Shown in pieces: positions 46,327 to 49,614 of a DNA stretch of 49,614 nt. Both the position numbers and the translations under genes were made by a program. How positions within the stretch are numbered: position 1 is the stretch's first letter; every line of letters starts with the position of its first letter. Source of the DNA: a virus (lineage: Duplodnaviria > Caudoviricetes); the IMG/VR virus record IMGVR_UViG_3300050156_000142, positions 1 through 49,614 of that record; one strand, given 5' to 3'. Under the pieces are notes generated by a model that worked only from the letters and a program-made list of their open reading frames with translations, was not told the origin of the DNA and made no database searches.

Positions 46327-46800
46327 TTAAGTTTCTAAGTCTTCCAGGTCTTCCAGGTCTTCTTCAGGGTCTGGAAACACGAACCGATCTTGGAATTTCC
46401 CCGACTTAACCCCTTCAAAGTATTCCCGCCGAGCTTTTTGAGAATTAGTCTCAGGGCCAGGGCATCTGATCAGCACGTTCAAGTTCTTTTGAACCCAACC
46501 TTCAGCCACCAAAGCTCTGGTGATATTGTGCCGGCCTGACGGGTTTGAAGAAACCAGCTCGACTGTGTCTGGGATGAGATTTCGGTCCAGCCCCCACTGA
46601 AGAATGCCGTACCCATTCTCAGCATAAGCCATGCCGTCTTCCCAGTAATCCTCTGCAAATGGGCCGTAATCTTCACCCAAGTCGTGGTCTAACAGCAAGA
46701 CAGACCACCCCCCTTTTCTCAAAGCCTCTCGACCCGCTTCAGGTGTCCTGGCTACACAATCAGCTGGCAATTGTCGGACATCATCAATTAAAAGCCTCAT
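46327..46800 (-). CDS. Cyclic-phosphate-processing receiver-like domain protein
   Basis: L.IDD.R, LDHDLG, GY..L.W, S.NP.G motifs; GGAG SD. Confidence 0.75.
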   Translation of the reverse strand: MRLLIDDVRQLPADCVARTPEAGREALRKGGWSVLLLDHDLGEDYGPFAEDYWEDGMAYAENGYGILQWGLDRNLIPDTVELVSSNPSGRHNITRALVAEGWVQKNLNVLIRCPGPETNSQKARREYFEGVKSGKFQDRFVFPDPEEDLEDLEDLET

Positions 46801-46820
46801 CAAAATCTCCCGTGGTTACA

Positions 46821-46851
46821 AAGAAAAGGTGGCTCCGTTTCGAGCCACCTT
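46821..46851 (-). terminator. Hairpin/terminator after pnkp
   Basis: AAGGTGGCTC/GAGCCACCTT stem followed by T-rich tract on minus strand. Confidence 0.6.
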
Positions 46852-46866
46852 CACTTTTAGTTAGAA

Positions 46867-49608
46867 TCAGAGCCGAGGGTCCAGCCCCTGCTCCTGCTTC
46901 ATTTGGCCGATCATTTTCACAATCAGCTCTTTCTTAGCATCCCCTTCTGAGGTCAACATTGCTTTCCCCAGAGCGTACTCCTCCTTGCTGATCCGCACCT
47001 TTCCGTTCACCGACTTTTGTCGGACAAGCTTAGTGTACTTTGCAGGATCCAAATAATCATACCCGTAAACCAAACGAAGATACTGCTCCGACCGTACTTT
47101 GATGTATGGAGGCACAGCTTTCTCAGTCGCGTCAGCAGGCAGGATCGGCTTAACAACCACGCCTTCTAGCCCCTCATCTTCAGTCAGAATATTGAAGAAG
47201 GCTTCCTCGACTTCAAGGTCGTAATCGGCCAACGTCACTATTCTGCACATGTCGGGGTTCAAGAGCTGCCAAGCTTGATACTCATTCAAACTAACAGGGG
47301 GCTCTGCAGAGTTACTGAGCATAGTAAAAGCCTTGTATTCCGGGGGAGTATTTCCAGAGTACCTAGCCAGGACTTTCTCAAACTCTTTCAGGTGGTCTTG
47401 CTTCCCAGCAATACCGAGGCTTTCCCGGAACGCACTGAGCTGCTGCAGTCCTAGGTCTTGAGCCAGGGAGCCTAGCTCAGCCTTGACCAGCTCTTGATAG
47501 GGTAGGAAAGACCCTTCAATCAAGCCTTTCCCAAGGGCGTGCCAAGGCAGAAGCTCTCCGTCCAGAATCACGTTGCCGTAGGCCTGAGTCAAGTACCTGT
47601 ACTTCTCTGCTTGAGCAAGGAGGAGGGCTTGGTACTCTTCCTGCGTCAACCCTTCAATTCCGCGAATAACCCAACCCCCTCGGGAAACCGCAAAGACCTT
47701 TTCCGGCTCAGAATGAAACAGATAGAGCTGGCACCGAGAACCCATGTACTTAGGCTCTACAATAACCTGCACCACGCCAGCCTTTTGGTAGAGATCAAAC
47801 GCCGTTTTCAGAGGCTCGATCTTTCCCAGCGGAAACCCTTCCGAGGGGTTGATACTGGCACTGGGGGACATGGTACCGGAGATGAACTTGACGCTCTTAG
47901 ACATGACTTGGTCCAAAAGACGCAAATCTTTAGGTTCCAGGTCATAGTCATAGATACGGAAGGGTCGAACTTCCTTAACCCCAAGTCCAAGGTTTTCAGC
48001 AATCCCGTCCATACCTGCGCCAATACGGTCTCGGCTAGGTACGGTCAGGAACTCTTGGACTCTGCCGCCCTGTACAATGACTGCCGTCAGGCCCCCCCCG
48101 TAGACTGCCCCGGAGTCCAAGAAAACCTTATTCTTGAACTTCTGGCCAAAGCGAGCAGTAACCTTGTGGGTGATATGCCCGAAAATGTGAAGCGGGTGAA
48201 TCGACTCTGCCTCCTTATAGAACCAATCCAGTTCCTTAGACATAGGACTGTCAGCGTCTCGGCCCCGGTTACGGACCCGATAGTTACGCTGATTGCGCAA
48301 GGCATCGTGAGAGACCTTACCCAGATCCTTGGTCGAGCAAGGTGCATGGGTGACGTAGACCGGGAGGTGACCGTAGTTAATATAGTCTGTCAGTACCAGG
48401 AAGGGCTTAGATGCTCCCCACAGCTCCAAGAACTTGGCAGCCAAGGCCGAGTCTGCTTGAAGTACTTCCAAGGCCTTGAAGTGCTCAGCTTCTGCTTCAG
48501 GGTTGGGATCGATTTCACCCAGCAGCCGCCTTGCCAGAAAAGCTTCATGGTTGGCCTGAACAATCCAGTCCCCACATACATGCCGGGCATGCATGAAGTT
48601 AACCATCTTCTCAGTATCTCCACCCTTATCCAAGTAGTCACCTACGTGGATGATTTGGGCAGAGGGGTGCTTGTCTTGGATCTGAGCAATCAAACTCTCT
48701 AGCTCTTCTACGCATTCATGAGAGTCTCCAATCACCGCAAAAGTAGCGTCCTCATGAGAGGGGTAGTTGCAGGACAGGAAGGTACCCATCGGGTCAAGGC
48801 CCTTGGCCTCAGGGACCTTAGATTGAGTAGCCTCAACCCAGTCATCCCAAAGGTCGTAGATACTATCTCTGGACTTAGAGGCCCAGCCAAACCCGGCCTT
48901 GCTCTTGACTCGGATTCGAGCATCAAAGTCCCGCTGACGAATTGTCGGAAGGATCTTCTGATTAAACCGGCGAACAGAAGCCTCGGTAGCTTCGAGCATT
49001 TCAGGCTCAACACCGTATTGATACTCTGCTCGAGTCTTGTACTCAAAAGTAACCAAAGTTACCTTATAGCCAGAAGCACGCCCAACTGCAGCCACGTCTT
49101 GGCGGAACTTCTCATCCATCCCTGTAGTGTCTACAATCACCACCCCTGCTGACACCGGGAAAGCGGTGACTACCTTGAGTTTGGTAAACAACAGCTCGAA
49201 AGCCTGCTTGCTTACTGCAAGGTAGGCGGGGGAGTGGACAATGCTTTTCTGCTCAAAATGCGAAACCGCCCCCAGGGTCGAAGACGAGTTCAGGATCTCT
49301 TCTCGGCACTGATCTGAGCTGATGTAAGCATCCCCTATGCATTCATCAGACACTTCCTCGTAGAGGCTGATAAGGTCCCTTGCAAAAGTAGACTTTCCGC
49401 ACCCAGTCGGTCCACACAGGATATACAAGGTGTAGGGTTCAACCGGGATAGTAGGGACCAGGTGAGTAGGGGGGTTCTCGACGTCAAATTCAAAGTTGAA
49501 GCCTTGGGATTGATGGTCTGACTGCCGCTTGCCATGGTTTTCAGGCAAGGGCTGGGCGGGGACTTGTAAGACTTGGTGGTTACCAATGTCAGGAAATTGA
49601 AACGACAT
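46867..49608 (-). CDS. pnkp: Bacterial-type polynucleotide kinase-phosphatase-ligase (RNA repair)
   Basis: Kinase GPTGCGKS/SSD; metallophosphatase GDSH, GDYLDKG, NHE, FGH; ligase EPKYMGSR, DGELLPW, EGVVVKP, KVR, DPRL. Confidence 0.9.
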   Translation of the reverse strand: MSFQFPDIGNHQVLQVPAQPLPENHGKRQSDHQSQGFNFEFDVENPPTHLVPTIPVEPYTLYILCGPTGCGKSTFARDLISLYEEVSDECIGDAYISSDQCREEILNSSSTLGAVSHFEQKSIVHSPAYLAVSKQAFELLFTKLKVVTAFPVSAGVVIVDTTGMDEKFRQDVAAVGRASGYKVTLVTFEYKTRAEYQYGVEPEMLEATEASVRRFNQKILPTIRQRDFDARIRVKSKAGFGWASKSRDSIYDLWDDWVEATQSKVPEAKGLDPMGTFLSCNYPSHEDATFAVIGDSHECVEELESLIAQIQDKHPSAQIIHVGDYLDKGGDTEKMVNFMHARHVCGDWIVQANHEAFLARRLLGEIDPNPEAEAEHFKALEVLQADSALAAKFLELWGASKPFLVLTDYINYGHLPVYVTHAPCSTKDLGKVSHDALRNQRNYRVRNRGRDADSPMSKELDWFYKEAESIHPLHIFGHITHKVTARFGQKFKNKVFLDSGAVYGGGLTAVIVQGGRVQEFLTVPSRDRIGAGMDGIAENLGLGVKEVRPFRIYDYDLEPKDLRLLDQVMSKSVKFISGTMSPSASINPSEGFPLGKIEPLKTAFDLYQKAGVVQVIVEPKYMGSRCQLYLFHSEPEKVFAVSRGGWVIRGIEGLTQEEYQALLLAQAEKYRYLTQAYGNVILDGELLPWHALGKGLIEGSFLPYQELVKAELGSLAQDLGLQQLSAFRESLGIAGKQDHLKEFEKVLARYSGNTPPEYKAFTMLSNSAEPPVSLNEYQAWQLLNPDMCRIVTLADYDLEVEEAFFNILTEDEGLEGVVVKPILPADATEKAVPPYIKVRSEQYLRLVYGYDYLDPAKYTKLVRQKSVNGKVRISKEEYALGKAMLTSEGDAKKELIVKMIGQMKQEQGLDPRL

Positions 49609-49614
49609 GTGGAT

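Noticed and set aside
46339-46362. Short tandem GTCTTCCAG repeat
   Set aside because: Encodes an acidic EDL tail; too short to be an array
47539-48702. 387-aa plus-strand ORF
   Set aside because: Wholly antisense to pnkp with no motifs; shadow ORF, like 45011..45661 and 390..839

Overview
The window is part of a large tailed dsDNA phage genome, myovirus-like (gp25/J-type baseplate, PAAR spike). Left to right it holds: (1) a minus-strand prokaryotic ubiquitin-like cassette of PRTRC type (Ubl, two unknowns, E2, JAB); (2) a morphogenesis block with terminase large subunit, a tail chaperone with a -1 frameshift, an inserted SGNH esterase, a tape-measure-like gene, baseplate genes, a phage sigma factor, an RNAP beta'-zinc-domain fusion protein, four tailspikes and lysis genes; (3) a minus-strand metabolism and RNA block with tmk, a DHH phosphoesterase, an HTH-tRNA operon ending in a ~560-nt densely structured non-coding region, RuvC, PAAR, a truncated NAMPT abutting an IS607 (tnpA/tnpB), intein-containing nrdA with nrdB, a cyclic-phosphate receiver protein and Pnkp. 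The most notable unexplained signals are the candidate large ornate ncRNA, the phage Ubl conjugation cassette, and a two-class expression system. In that system a non-sigma70 TGGTATAAGAA promoter precedes SD-led non-structural genes, while sigma70-like promoters give leaderless mRNAs for virion genes. All calls come from motif reading by eye; no searches were run.
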